The position numbers were made by a program, and so were the translations under genes. A stretch of DNA of 39,169 nt, from NCBI GenBank assembly GCA_963923365.1, contig CAWUMD010000001.1, positions 1-39,169 of the forward strand, written 5' to 3'. Source of the DNA: an uncultured bacterium (GTDB lineage: Bacteria > Cyanobacteriota > Cyanobacteriia > Synechococcales > Synechococcaceae). How positions within the stretch are numbered: position 1 is the stretch's first letter; every line of letters begins with the position of its first letter. The notes under the pieces were generated by a model. It was not told the DNA's origin. It saw only the letters and a list, made by a program, of their open reading frames with translations, and ran no database searches. Of the stretch, positions 30,067 through 39,169 are shown piece after piece.

Positions 30067-30550
30067 TCCCGGGGGTGGTTCCTGAATCGTAATAGCCACT
30101 ACTTTTTATCTGTAACGTTGCTTGAATGGGGGTTGCGTTCCCTGCGAATCGGAGTATTGTTGAAGACACAGAGTTCAGGGTTCTCAGATGGAATCCACTC
30201 CGCCCGGTCAGTGTTTCTCGCGGTTGATGAACGTCGCCAGCACGCAAGCGAGTCTGTACCGATAAGGGGGCCTCAGGCCCTGAAGGGCACTAGCTTTACT
30301 GAGCTGTCGCCTGCCTTTCATCCCGGCACCCACTTGGCAATCGTTGCCTAATCTGGTGATTTGTTGACCGCTGTCAGTATCCAGTCATTCTACGAGGATG
30401 CTTTATTAGACCGTTGATATCGGTGTTGATGTTTAATGCCTCGCAGCTACGGTTATTGAGTCCTTTCTGGAATCTTTTTCCTCGGTTAAGGTTACAACGT
30501 TCTCTGTTCTTGGTTTTTGACTCTCCTCTCGAGACAATCCAGATGGATCA

Positions 30551-30586
30551 CAGCCGTGGATCTTCGGATTCACGGCTGCCTTTTTG
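30551..30586 (+). terminator. strong Rho-independent terminator/attenuator hairpin with UUCG tetraloop
   Basis: cagccgtggatc (30551-30562) pairs with gattcacggctg (30567-30578). This gives 12 bp including one G-U. The loop is ttcg. It is followed by ccTTTTTg. It ends 41 nt before the ATG at 30627. Confidence 0.8.
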
Positions 30587-30626
30587 CTGAGGTTGAGAGG
30601 GGCGGTACGAGGAGAGGAGCGACGGT

Positions 30627-31370
30627 ATGGTCCTGCGTCTGGCCCAGATCAGTGATGCTCACCTGTTGGCGGATCCGGCGGGTCGGCTGAAGAGCCTGAA
30701 GCCCCTGCCTCGCTTTGAGCAGGTTCTGGCGGCGGTAGTGGAGCGTGCCCCGGACTGGCTGCTGCTGACCGGTGACCTGAGCGACGATGGCAGTCGCGAG
30801 TCCTACGAGATGCTGGCGGGGCGGTTGAGGGCTGCGGCGCTGCCCAGTCTGGCGATCGCCGGTAATCATGACCACCCGGCGCGGCTTCAGGCTCATCTGG
30901 CCGGGTCGCCCTTCCATCCCGACGCTGAGCTGGATCTGGGGGACTGGCTGCTGCTGGCACTCAATAGTGCCCATCCACCCCGCATTGAGGGTTGGCTGGA
31001 ACCGGAGCAGCTGGCCTGGATGGAGCAACGTCTGGTCCGGGACCGGAGACCGACCATCGTGGTGCTGCACCATCCGCCCCTGGCCATCGGCTGCTCGAAG
31101 CTGGACCCTCTGGGGCTGTTGAAGGGCCCAGCATTGCAGACTCGGCTGGCGGGCTTTCCCCAGGTGCAGCTCTGTCTGTTCGGTCATATCCATCAGCCGT
31201 TCGAGCAGCGTCTGGGCTCGGTTACCTATCTGGGCGCACCGTCCTGCTTCCGGCAGTTTGCACCTCGTGCCGGTGAGGTGGATGCGGCCCAGGCTCCGCC
31301 GGGCTACCGCTGGCTGGAACTACACCCGGATGGGACCTGGACTACTCAGGTGGTCTGGCTGGATCCCTGA
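30627..31370 (+). CDS. metallophosphoesterase (CpdA-like cyclic-nucleotide phosphodiesterase family)
   Basis: QISDAHL, LTGDLSDDG, AGNHDHP, VVLHHPP and FGHIHQP are the calcineurin-like phosphoesterase motif set. GAGGAGAGGAG RBS at 30609-30619. Confidence 0.85.
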   Translation: MVLRLAQISDAHLLADPAGRLKSLKPLPRFEQVLAAVVERAPDWLLLTGDLSDDGSRESYEMLAGRLRAAALPSLAIAGNHDHPARLQAHLAGSPFHPDAELDLGDWLLLALNSAHPPRIEGWLEPEQLAWMEQRLVRDRRPTIVVLHHPPLAIGCSKLDPLGLLKGPALQTRLAGFPQVQLCLFGHIHQPFEQRLGSVTYLGAPSCFRQFAPRAGEVDAAQAPPGYRWLELHPDGTWTTQVVWLDP

Positions 31371-32104
31371 AGCAGGCCCGGGAACTCGGTCAGGGAGAGT
31401 AGCCGTACGCCAGGAATGTCGGCCAGGGCCTGCTGGCGCTGCTCGGCGGTGTTGTAGCCCCAGGCCGCCAGGACCAGTTGGATGTCTGCCAGTTCCGGCT
31501 GACGGGCGGCGGCCAGCAGCGCTTCGGCTCGATCCTCCACGAAGGTGAGGGTATGACCCTGGGCCAGCAACTGCTTCAGCGTCTCGGTCTTGGGCTGGCC
31601 GACCTCCTTGCCGAAGATGCGATCGCGATCGCACCCTAGCCCGGCCTGGGTCAGCAGTTCATAGGTGAAGCGCCCGTCCTTGGTGGTGATGATGCACCAG
31701 CGATCGCCCCAGGCCTGCAGGGCATCGAGCACCCCCGGGTAGAAGCGGTGTAGGGCCAGCCAGCCGGGACGATCGGTGGCAATCCAGTCGGCCCGCACCT
31801 GATCGAGGGCCGCTGCCAGGGTCGGGCGATCGCAGCCGCACTGTTCCAGCAGCGCTGGAATGGCGCTGGGCCAGTGGGGACCGATGCCGGTTTCGCCGAC
31901 ATGCTGCAGGGCCCAGAGCGCCAGTGGCATTTCCCAGCCGGTCTCAATCCAGGGGCGCAGACGCGCGAAGGCAGGTTCAAGATCCGTGTCCGGTGGATCG
32001 GCCCAGACCCAGACCCGTTGCCCGGCTTTCCAGGCGCTGCGGAAGTATTCCGGCAGCCCGTCGCAGAGCACGCCGTCGAAGTCCAGGGCAATCAGGGCAG
32101 CCAT
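31346..32104 (-). CDS. HAD-superfamily hydrolase
   Basis: N-terminal [12 protein letters not shown] gives the DxD motif I. A downstream TTKDGR-type motif is present. Its 3' end overlaps the convergent phosphoesterase gene by 25 nt. Confidence 0.8.
   Translation of the reverse strand: MAALIALDFDGVLCDGLPEYFRSAWKAGQRVWVWADPPDTDLEPAFARLRPWIETGWEMPLALWALQHVGETGIGPHWPSAIPALLEQCGCDRPTLAAALDQVRADWIATDRPGWLALHRFYPGVLDALQAWGDRWCIITTKDGRFTYELLTQAGLGCDRDRIFGKEVGQPKTETLKQLLAQGHTLTFVEDRAEALLAAARQPELADIQLVLAAWGYNTAEQRQQALADIPGVRLLSLTEFPGLLQGSSQTT
31619..31632. repeat. two overlapping HIP1 octamers (GCGATCGCGATCGC); an example of about 62 HIP1 copies in the window
   Basis: Read directly from the sequence. 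Other verified copies start at 39, 271, 1079, 1182, 2877, 4492, 5032, 5772, 7388, 7600 and 8560. Confidence 0.9.
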
Positions 32105-32128
32105 CGGCGACTCCGGGAAAAGGTCCTG

Positions 32129-32162
32129 AAAGCAGAAAACCCTGTCCGGGTGGACAGGGTTT
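32129..32162 (-). terminator. Rho-independent terminator downstream of tRNA-Gln
   Basis: Stem aaaccctgtcc (32137-32147) pairs with ggacagggttt (32152-32162). The loop is gggt. On the minus strand the GC core is followed by TTTTCTGCTTTC. Confidence 0.65.
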
Positions 32163-32168
32163 CAAGAG

Positions 32169-32240
32169 CTGGGGCGCTAGGATTCGAACCTAGGAATGGC
32201 GGAACCAAAATCCGCTGCCTTACCGCTTGGCGACGCCCCA
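32169..32240 (-). tRNA. tRNA-Gln (anticodon TTG)
   Basis: The reverse complement folds as follows. Acceptor TGGGGCG/CGCCCCA, anticodon stem GCGGA/TCCGC, loop TTTTGGT. T arm CTAGG-TTCGAAT-CCTAG, discriminator G. No encoded CCA. Confidence 0.95.
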
Positions 32241-32258
32241 TCGCTCAGGCTTTAGGTA

Positions 32259-32287
32259 ATTTAACGTAGCTTTTCAGGGGCTGTCAA
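32259..32287 (-). promoter_or_regulatory. candidate sigma70-type promoter for tRNA-Gln
   Basis: On the minus strand: TTGACA (32287-32282), a 17-nt spacer, then TTAAAT (32264-32259). It ends 18 nt upstream of the mature tRNA 5' end. Confidence 0.4.
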
Positions 32288-32290
32288 CGG

Positions 32291-34030
32291 TCAGGCCGGA
32301 TAAATCCGCAGGCGTCGATTCGGGTCCTCGCCGAAGCTTTCTGCCTTCAGGCGGTAGTGCTCCACCAGTTCGTGCTGCATCTTGCGCACCCGTCCGGAGC
32401 GGGGCAGTAGTTCCACGGGCTGGCCCTTGGGCAGAACAATCTGCTCCACTGCCAGACGACATTCCTCCATCGCCTCGATTTCGTCGTCGTTCCCCGCCGG
32501 GGTGAACAGACTAAGATCGACGCTTTCCGGTTCGTCCGGATGCTCCTGATTGAGCAGGCGGCGCAGGGCCCGCACCAGCTGGGGCATGGTATTCGACTTG
32601 ATCACGTGAATGGGCACGTGGTTCATCTTCGCCAGGTGGCGCAGCTTCGACTGATTGCGCAGGTGGGCGCGCAGAGCCAGAATCACATCTGCCTCGGCGA
32701 CGTCCTTGGTGACGATCACCGGCATCTGGAAGGAAAGAATCACCTGCTCCAGCTGGTGGCGGCTGATGGCGTAGGGATAGACGTGTAGCGGTACGCCCTC
32801 CCGGTTCGGGTAGAACTCCTCCTCAAAGTCCTCCTCCGCAGGGGGAACCACCAGGGGCGTCGGTTCTATCGCTGCGACTGGACGGGTGCTGGGGTGTTCC
32901 AGCAGCGGCGGTAGGGGGCGCATGCGGCCGCTGGAGCGCCAGCCCTGATCGGAACTGCTGCTGGTGATCCGGCCGGTCTCGCGGCCGCTATCGCCCGCTT
33001 CGTGGGTGATCAGCAGCTTGCCGTTTTCGTCCAGGGTGCGTACCTGGGGACTGGGCCGGCGCGATCGCAGTAGGTTGTCCACGGTGCCGGAAACATCCTC
33101 ATGGACGATCCAGCGGTAGCGCTCCTGCATCTCTACGGCGATCTCGAAGGTGGGCGGTGCCTTGCGCTCGAGCACCGTCTTCTGGCTGCCGCGGCGGCGG
33201 GCCTCGTCATCCCCCAGGGTGACCGACTGGATGCCGCCGATCAGGTCCGAGAGGGTGGGGTTCTTGATCAGGTTGTCGATCTGGTTGCCGTGGGCGGTGC
33301 CCACCAGCATCACCCCCCGTTCGGCGATTGTGCGGGCGGCCAGGGCCTCCAGTTCCGTGCCGATTTCGTCGATGACGATCACTTCCGGCATGTGGTTCTC
33401 CACCGCCTCGATCATCACCTGGTGCTGCAGCTCAGGCCGGGCCACCTGCATGCGGCGGGCGCGACCGATGGCGGGGTGGGGCACATCGCCGTCCCCGGCG
33501 ATTTCGTTGGAAGTGTCGATGATCACCACACGCTTGTGCAGGTCATCGGCCAGCACCCGGGCGATCTCCCGCAGGGCGGTGGTCTTACCGACGCCGGGGC
33601 GACCCAGCATCAGAATCGAGCGGCCGGTCTCCACCAGGTCCCGGATCATGCCGATGGTGCCAAAGACGGCCCGACCGACCCGGCAGGTGAGGCCGATGAT
33701 CTCGCCGCGGCGGTTGCGCAGGGCACTGATCCGGTGCAGGGTGCCTTCCAGGCCGGCGCGGTTGTCGCTGCCGAAGTCGCCGACCCGCTCCACGCAGGCC
33801 TGCAGGTCGGCGCGGCTGACCGGGTCTGGGGAAAGGTCTTCGGCACTACCGGGGAAGCGGGCTTCGGGTTTGCGGCCCAGGTCCATCACCACCTCCACCA
33901 GCTGGTCGCGGCGGGGGTGCTGGTCGAGGCGGTCCTTCAGGTCGGGAGGCAGAACCGCCAGCAGTTGGTCGAGATCGTCCACGACGGTACGTTCGCGGAC
34001 GGCGGTCTGGGTATTGAGGGTTGCGGACAC
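32291..34030 (-). CDS. ycf45: Ycf45-like AAA ATPase (SpoIIIAA-like) with C-terminal R3H domain
   Basis: Walker A is LGRPGVGKTT and Walker B is VIVIDEIG. The GTAHG and C-terminal RKMQHELVEHYRLKAESFGEDPNRRLRIYP (R3H) motifs are present. GTG start at 34030; a downstream GTG (Val17) is possible. Confidence 0.8.
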   Translation of the reverse strand: MSATLNTQTAVRERTVVDDLDQLLAVLPPDLKDRLDQHPRRDQLVEVVMDLGRKPEARFPGSAEDLSPDPVSRADLQACVERVGDFGSDNRAGLEGTLHRISALRNRRGEIIGLTCRVGRAVFGTIGMIRDLVETGRSILMLGRPGVGKTTALREIARVLADDLHKRVVIIDTSNEIAGDGDVPHPAIGRARRMQVARPELQHQVMIEAVENHMPEVIVIDEIGTELEALAARTIAERGVMLVGTAHGNQIDNLIKNPTLSDLIGGIQSVTLGDDEARRRGSQKTVLERKAPPTFEIAVEMQERYRWIVHEDVSGTVDNLLRSRRPSPQVRTLDENGKLLITHEAGDSGRETGRITSSSSDQGWRSSGRMRPLPPLLEHPSTRPVAAIEPTPLVVPPAEEDFEEEFYPNREGVPLHVYPYAISRHQLEQVILSFQMPVIVTKDVAEADVILALRAHLRNQSKLRHLAKMNHVPIHVIKSNTMPQLVRALRRLLNQEHPDEPESVDLSLFTPAGNDDEIEAMEECRLAVEQIVLPKGQPVELLPRSGRVRKMQHELVEHYRLKAESFGEDPNRRLRIYPA

Positions 34031-34041
34031 AGCAGCACAGC

Positions 34042-35046
34042 TCAGGGAGCCGAGGGAGCGGTTTTGAGCGGAATGACGAGTTCACCGGCCTGGTGAACGG
34101 CGTCGCTGAGCAGATCGGGGTGGTCTTCGAGCAGGCCGCCGCGGTGCTCCAGTGCTTCCAGTAAAGCCGACAGATTCGTGCGGGCACAGCTGCCGAACCC
34201 GATTCCGGCGACCCGGCCCAGGAGGCCGGTCTGGTGGAGCTTGGCCACAGTATAGGCATTGGTGCCGCCCGCCAGCTGGACATAGCCTGGGAGCTGGTGC
34301 TTCAGCACCTGCCCGGCGTAGCGAACGGTGGCCAGCGTCGTGCCCGCACCGATGTCCCCACTCATCGGCCGTCCGTCAGCCTGCCAGAGCAGGTGGGGCG
34401 TCAGACCCTGGACCCGGGGAGCCAGCCGCTGCAGGTAGGCGATCGCCCCTTCCCCCTCTGGGCAGCTGATCGCCAGCAGCTGCAGCTGGCCCAGCCAGGG
34501 CCGCAGTTGCTCCAGGGTGGCCAGGAATTCAGCGTCCCGGTCGATCTGGGTGTGGATCTCCAGGGCCTCGATGCCCAGGGCCAGCAGTTGGGGCAGCAGC
34601 TCGGCGGGCCGATGCTGGTGGTGGTCGGCGCTGATCAGCCCCAGAGGACAGATCGGCAGACAACGGCCGCAGCCGTAGCAGCGGTCCTCCAGCACCCCGG
34701 CGGCGATCGCATCGGCGGGGCAGATGCGTTCGCAGGGGCGATCGCACTCCGGTGGGCAGAGGGCCGGGTCGAAGCGGGCCTTGCGAAAGTGGGGGTCCTC
34801 ACCGTCGTTGAGGCTGACCATCAGCCAGGGACGGGGGCGGCCTGAGAGGCGGCTGGCGGCTTCCAGACCCTGGAGTGCGATCGCCACCACCGCTGGATCG
34901 GCGGCCACGTCAACACAGTCCGCTCCGGCCAGGGCATAGGCCAGGGCCAGACTGCGGATGCTGGTCAGGTGCTGATAGCTGGCGCCGCAGATCAGCTTGA
35001 ACCAGTGACCGGCCTGGAGGGCGGCCACTGGGGCGGGATTGGCCAT
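34042..35046 (-). CDS. ldpA: probable LdpA (light-dependent period) Fe-S protein
   Basis: N-terminal WFKLICGASYQHL. Two 4Fe-4S-type clusters: CPPECDRPCERICP and CYGCGRCLPICP. Assignment by family recall, not by search. Confidence 0.6.
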   Translation of the reverse strand: MANPAPVAALQAGHWFKLICGASYQHLTSIRSLALAYALAGADCVDVAADPAVVAIALQGLEAASRLSGRPRPWLMVSLNDGEDPHFRKARFDPALCPPECDRPCERICPADAIAAGVLEDRCYGCGRCLPICPLGLISADHHQHRPAELLPQLLALGIEALEIHTQIDRDAEFLATLEQLRPWLGQLQLLAISCPEGEGAIAYLQRLAPRVQGLTPHLLWQADGRPMSGDIGAGTTLATVRYAGQVLKHQLPGYVQLAGGTNAYTVAKLHQTGLLGRVAGIGFGSCARTNLSALLEALEHRGGLLEDHPDLLSDAVHQAGELVIPLKTAPSAP

Positions 35047-35061
35047 TGGCGAAGGCTGGAC

Positions 35062-35535
35062 CTAGGCCGCCTGAAGCAGATTGCTCAGGGGTTCCCAGCG
35101 GAAGCTGCGGGCACCCCCCATTTCGATCACGACCTTGAGGTCGCTGCGCTGGCGGGTCAGAGCCACCAGGGCCGCCAGTTCCTGCTGGGTGAGGACGTAC
35201 CCTTCCAGCAGCCAGAGAATGCCGCCCTTGCTGCCCTTGGGCAGATGGTCGAAGGGGGCCAGAATCGGCTGCACGAACTGGGTCTGGCCGACCGCTCCTT
35301 CTCTGCCGATGTTCTGCTTGCCGAGATGGGGCGGACGGATGCCGTGGATGGCCGTCAGGTACTGGGTCGGATCCCCAAGCCCCCGGGCGGAGTAGGTGAG
35401 TGCTTCGTAACCCCGGGCCCGGGCCCGGCGGATGTAGCGACCTTCATAGCCCCCCTCAAGAGGTGCGAAGCAGGCCAAGGCGCCATGCGTTTCCAGGTCA
35501 CGGATGAAGGTACCACCAGTGGTGATCAGGGCCAT
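35062..35535 (-). CDS. ndhN: NDH-1 subunit N
   Basis: MALITTGGTFIRDLETHGALACFAPLEGGYEGRYIRRARARGY matches the cyanobacterial NdhN N-terminus, and the size is right. Confidence 0.9.
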   Translation of the reverse strand: MALITTGGTFIRDLETHGALACFAPLEGGYEGRYIRRARARGYEALTYSARGLGDPTQYLTAIHGIRPPHLGKQNIGREGAVGQTQFVQPILAPFDHLPKGSKGGILWLLEGYVLTQQELAALVALTRQRSDLKVVIEMGGARSFRWEPLSNLLQAA

Positions 35536-35579
35536 GGCTTCCGCTGGGATGGAGTTACAGCTACTAATTATGGGCCAAT

Positions 35580-35623
35580 CGAAAACGACAGGCGGGGACA
35601 GGTACTGGACCCATCCCCGCCTG
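35580..35623 (-). terminator. Rho-independent terminator downstream of psbK
   Basis: caggcgggga (35589-35598) pairs with tccccgcctg (35614-35623), a 10-bp stem with a 15-nt loop. On the minus strand it is followed by TCGTTTTCG. Confidence 0.6.
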
Positions 35624-35644
35624 CGACGGATCTCGGCTGTGGAA

Positions 35645-35782
35645 TTAACGGAAACCGACGGCTGCCTGCCAGACGAATGCCAGCAGCAGGAAGAACACCG
35701 GAATCACCGGCAGCACGTCGACCAGGGGATCGAAAAGCTGATAAGCCTCGGGCAGTTTCGCCAGGAACAGAGCCGCTTCCAT
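35645..35782 (-). CDS. psbK: photosystem II protein K precursor, 45 aa
   Basis: Hand translation: [45 protein letters not shown]. Below the ORF-track cutoff. Confidence 0.93.
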   Translation of the reverse strand: MEAALFLAKLPEAYQLFDPLVDVLPVIPVFFLLLAFVWQAAVGFR

Positions 35783-35841
35783 GGGTCAGGCCACCTACTC
35801 GAATACGGGGTGTTGGTTGGCTGATCCTACCATGGGGCTTT

Positions 35842-36966
<1,125 letters not shown>

Positions 36967-37395
36967 TCACAGCAGGTCCGGCGGCTCCGGTTCACAGAAG
37001 CGGTTGAAGGCCGGCAGATCTTCCATCATCGCCTGTAGTGCGGTGTCTTCCCAGCCCTCCACGTCCCGGCGATGGCCCATGGGAGACAGCTCCAGCCGCC
37101 GACCTTCCTGTACCAGGTCGAGGCGGGTGAGGGGCTGGGACGGGACCAGCTCCAGCCAGTCGAAACTGCTGAGATTAAGGAACAGCGCATGGTTGGCGAC
37201 CACGGTCGCCCGCTGCGGGTCCGCAAACACTTCAAAGATGTAACCGTCACCCTCGGCCAGAGTCACGCTGTCATCCCGGAAGCGGTAGTGCACCTGGCCC
37301 AGGTCCTCCAGCAGACAGGCCATGTCGCGGGGGTGGAGGATGATCCCCCGATCCACGATGCAGGGGGCGCGGGGGGGCAGCGGGTTGATGGACAT
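36967..37395 (-). CDS. hypothetical protein, 142 aa
   Basis: Its stop lies 12 nt upstream of the tgt TTG start and in the same frame, so the two are probably co-transcribed. No family recognised. Confidence 0.55.
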   Translation of the reverse strand: MSINPLPPRAPCIVDRGIILHPRDMACLLEDLGQVHYRFRDDSVTLAEGDGYIFEVFADPQRATVVANHALFLNLSSFDWLELVPSQPLTRLDLVQEGRRLELSPMGHRRDVEGWEDTALQAMMEDLPAFNRFCEPEPPDLL

Positions 37396-37520
37396 GGCCG
37401 GATCTCCGGAACGTGCCTCGATCCTAGGAAGGCCGACGGTGGAGATACCCCCGTTGAATTGCGGAGATCACCCCGTTGATGCGATGACAATCGCTCCGCA
37501 GGAATCGGGTCGTGACCTAG

Positions 37521-37901
<381 letters not shown>

Positions 37902-37925
37902 ACCTGAGAAATTTGCCCCAGCCGC

Positions 37926-37954
37926 TTTACAAAACTAAATCTCTTGCTTAGAGT
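37926..37954 (+). promoter_or_regulatory. candidate sigma70-type psbA promoter
   Basis: TTTACA (37926-37931), a 17-nt spacer, then TAGAGT (37949-37954). It ends 54 nt upstream of the psbA ATG. Confidence 0.4.
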
Positions 37955-38008
37955 TCTGAGTGTGGGTTGTAACAGGCCCGCAATATTCAATCAGAACTCA
38001 TCCTGAAC

Positions 38009-39091
38009 ATGACTACCACCCTGCAACGTCGCGAAAGCGGCAGCGCGTGGCAGCAGTTCTGCGAGTGGGTGACCAGCACCGAAAACCGCCTCTATGTGGG
38101 CTGGTTCGGCGTGCTGATGATCCCGACGCTGCTGACCGCAACCGTCTGTTTCATCATTGCCTTCATTGCCGCCCCCCCGGTGGACATCGATGGCATCCGT
38201 GAGCCCGTCGCCGGCTCCCTGCTGTACGGCAACAACATCGTCTCCGGCGCTGTTGTTCCTTCCTCCAACGCCATCGGTCTGCACTTCTACCCCATCTGGG
38301 AAGCTGCTTCCCTGGATGAGTGGCTGTACAACGGTGGCCCCTACCAGCTGGTCGTCTTCCACTTCCTCATCGGCGTTTTCTGCTACATGGGTCGTGAGTG
38401 GGAACTGTCCTACCGTCTCGGCATGCGCCCCTGGATCTGCGTTGCTTACAGCGCTCCTGTGGCTGCTGCTACCGCCGTGTTCCTGATCTACCCGATCGGC
38501 CAAGGCTCCTTCTCTGACGGTATGCCCCTGGGCATCTCCGGCACCTTCAACTTCATGCTGGTGTTCCAAGCTGAGCACAACATCCTGATGCACCCCTTCC
38601 ACATGCTGGGTGTTGCAGGTGTGTTCGGCGGCTCCCTGTTCTCCGCAATGCACGGTTCTCTGGTCACCAGCTCGCTGGTGCGTGAGACCACCGAAACCGA
38701 AAGCCAAAACTACGGCTACAAGTTCGGTCAGGAAGAAGAGACCTACAACATCGTGGCTGCCCACGGTTACTTCGGTCGTCTGATCTTCCAATACGCCTCC
38801 TTCAACAACAGCCGTAGCCTGCACTTCTTCCTGGCTGCCTGGCCTGTGATCGGCATCTGGTTCACCTCCATGGGCATCAGCACCATGGCGTTCAACCTGA
38901 ACGGCTTCAACTTCAACCAGTCGATCCTGGATTCCCAGGGCAAGGTGCTGCCCACCTGGGCTGACGTGCTGAACCGCGCCAACCTGGGTATGGAAGTGAT
39001 GCACGAGCGTAACGCTCACAACTTCCCCCTCGACCTGGCCGCTGGCGAAGCCACCCCGGTTGCTCTGACCGCCCCTGCCATCAACGGCTAA
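38009..39091 (+). CDS. psbA: photosystem II D1 protein, Glu130 (D1:2-type) isoform
   Basis: Full-length canonical D1. Residue 130 counted by hand is Glu (YMGREWELS). The C-terminal extension after LDLAA is [15 protein letters not shown]. Confidence 0.98.
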   Translation: MTTTLQRRESGSAWQQFCEWVTSTENRLYVGWFGVLMIPTLLTATVCFIIAFIAAPPVDIDGIREPVAGSLLYGNNIVSGAVVPSSNAIGLHFYPIWEAASLDEWLYNGGPYQLVVFHFLIGVFCYMGREWELSYRLGMRPWICVAYSAPVAAATAVFLIYPIGQGSFSDGMPLGISGTFNFMLVFQAEHNILMHPFHMLGVAGVFGGSLFSAMHGSLVTSSLVRETTETESQNYGYKFGQEEETYNIVAAHGYFGRLIFQYASFNNSRSLHFFLAAWPVIGIWFTSMGISTMAFNLNGFNFNQSILDSQGKVLPTWADVLNRANLGMEVMHERNAHNFPLDLAAGEATPVALTAPAING

Positions 39092-39112
39092 TCGGTCTGA
39101 GTTGAAACTCTG

Positions 39113-39140
39113 AAAAAAGGCTCCTTCGGGGGCCTTTTTT
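39113..39140 (+). terminator. Rho-independent terminator of psbA
   Basis: The sequence is aaaaaaggctcc-ttcg-ggggcctttttt. It has a GC stem with a UUCG tetraloop, flanked by A6 and T6 tracts. Confidence 0.8.
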
Positions 39141-39169
39141 CATGCCGTAGCCTCCGATGCCGGGGGCTA

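Noticed and set aside
30118-30351. 77-aa + strand ORF inside the low-GC island
   Set aside because: It has a TTG start, no RBS and AT-rich third positions unlike every confident gene here. No recognisable family. A 55-aa ATG ORF at about 30430 runs straight through the terminator hairpin and was rejected for the same reasons.
30067-30626. Known structured RNAs (tmRNA, RNase P RNA, SRP RNA, 6S RNA, Yfr1, cobalamin / c-di-GMP / c-di-AMP riboswitch cores)
   Set aside because: I looked for the conserved cores I remember. These include GGGGCUG with a tRNA-like 3' end, GAGGAAAGUCC, the SRP GGAA tetraloop domain, ACUCCUCACAC and the B12 box. I found none convincingly. Only a covariance-model scan can settle this.

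Overview
The window is a chromosomal segment from a high-GC cyanobacterium, roughly two-thirds G+C by eye. It is saturated with the HIP1 octamer GCGATCGC: I counted about 62 copies by hand. Gene content is mostly core photosynthesis and housekeeping. It includes ndhC-ndhK-ndhJ divergent from rubA-ycf48-psbEFLJ. It also includes hisS, leuD and leuC (head-to-head), alaS, rsmI, tgt, ycf45, a probable ldpA, ndhN, psbK, a Glu130 (D1:2-type) psbA, tRNA-Arg(TCT) and tRNA-Gln(TTG). The supplied ORF track misses four small PSII genes (psbF, psbL, psbJ, psbK) because they are under 60 aa. It also misses a 230-codon minus-strand ORF that runs off the left edge. Many long ORFs in the track are antisense shadow frames typical of high-GC DNA and were rejected. 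I see no CRISPR array, transposase, integrase, prophage or recognisable defence system. The best candidate for something undescribed is a 560-bp AT-richer, HIP1-free, ORF-free island at 30067-30626. It ends in a UUCG-capped intrinsic terminator only 41 nt upstream of a metallophosphoesterase gene, and it carries a CU-rich decamer complementary to that gene's Shine-Dalgarno. This could be a riboswitch/attenuator leader or an sRNA. Secondary leads:
- A membrane protein and SNF2 helicase pair, with the usual SWIM partner displaced 9 kb away.
- A divergent PRiA4_ORF3-like and CYTH gene pair.
- A three-domain proline-rich protein downstream of hisS.
- An HTH-acidic-linker protein.
- A recurrent layout in which intrinsic terminators sit 24-44 nt upstream of the next co-directional start codon.
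All functional calls rest on my recognition of protein motifs and families from the translations. No database search was run.
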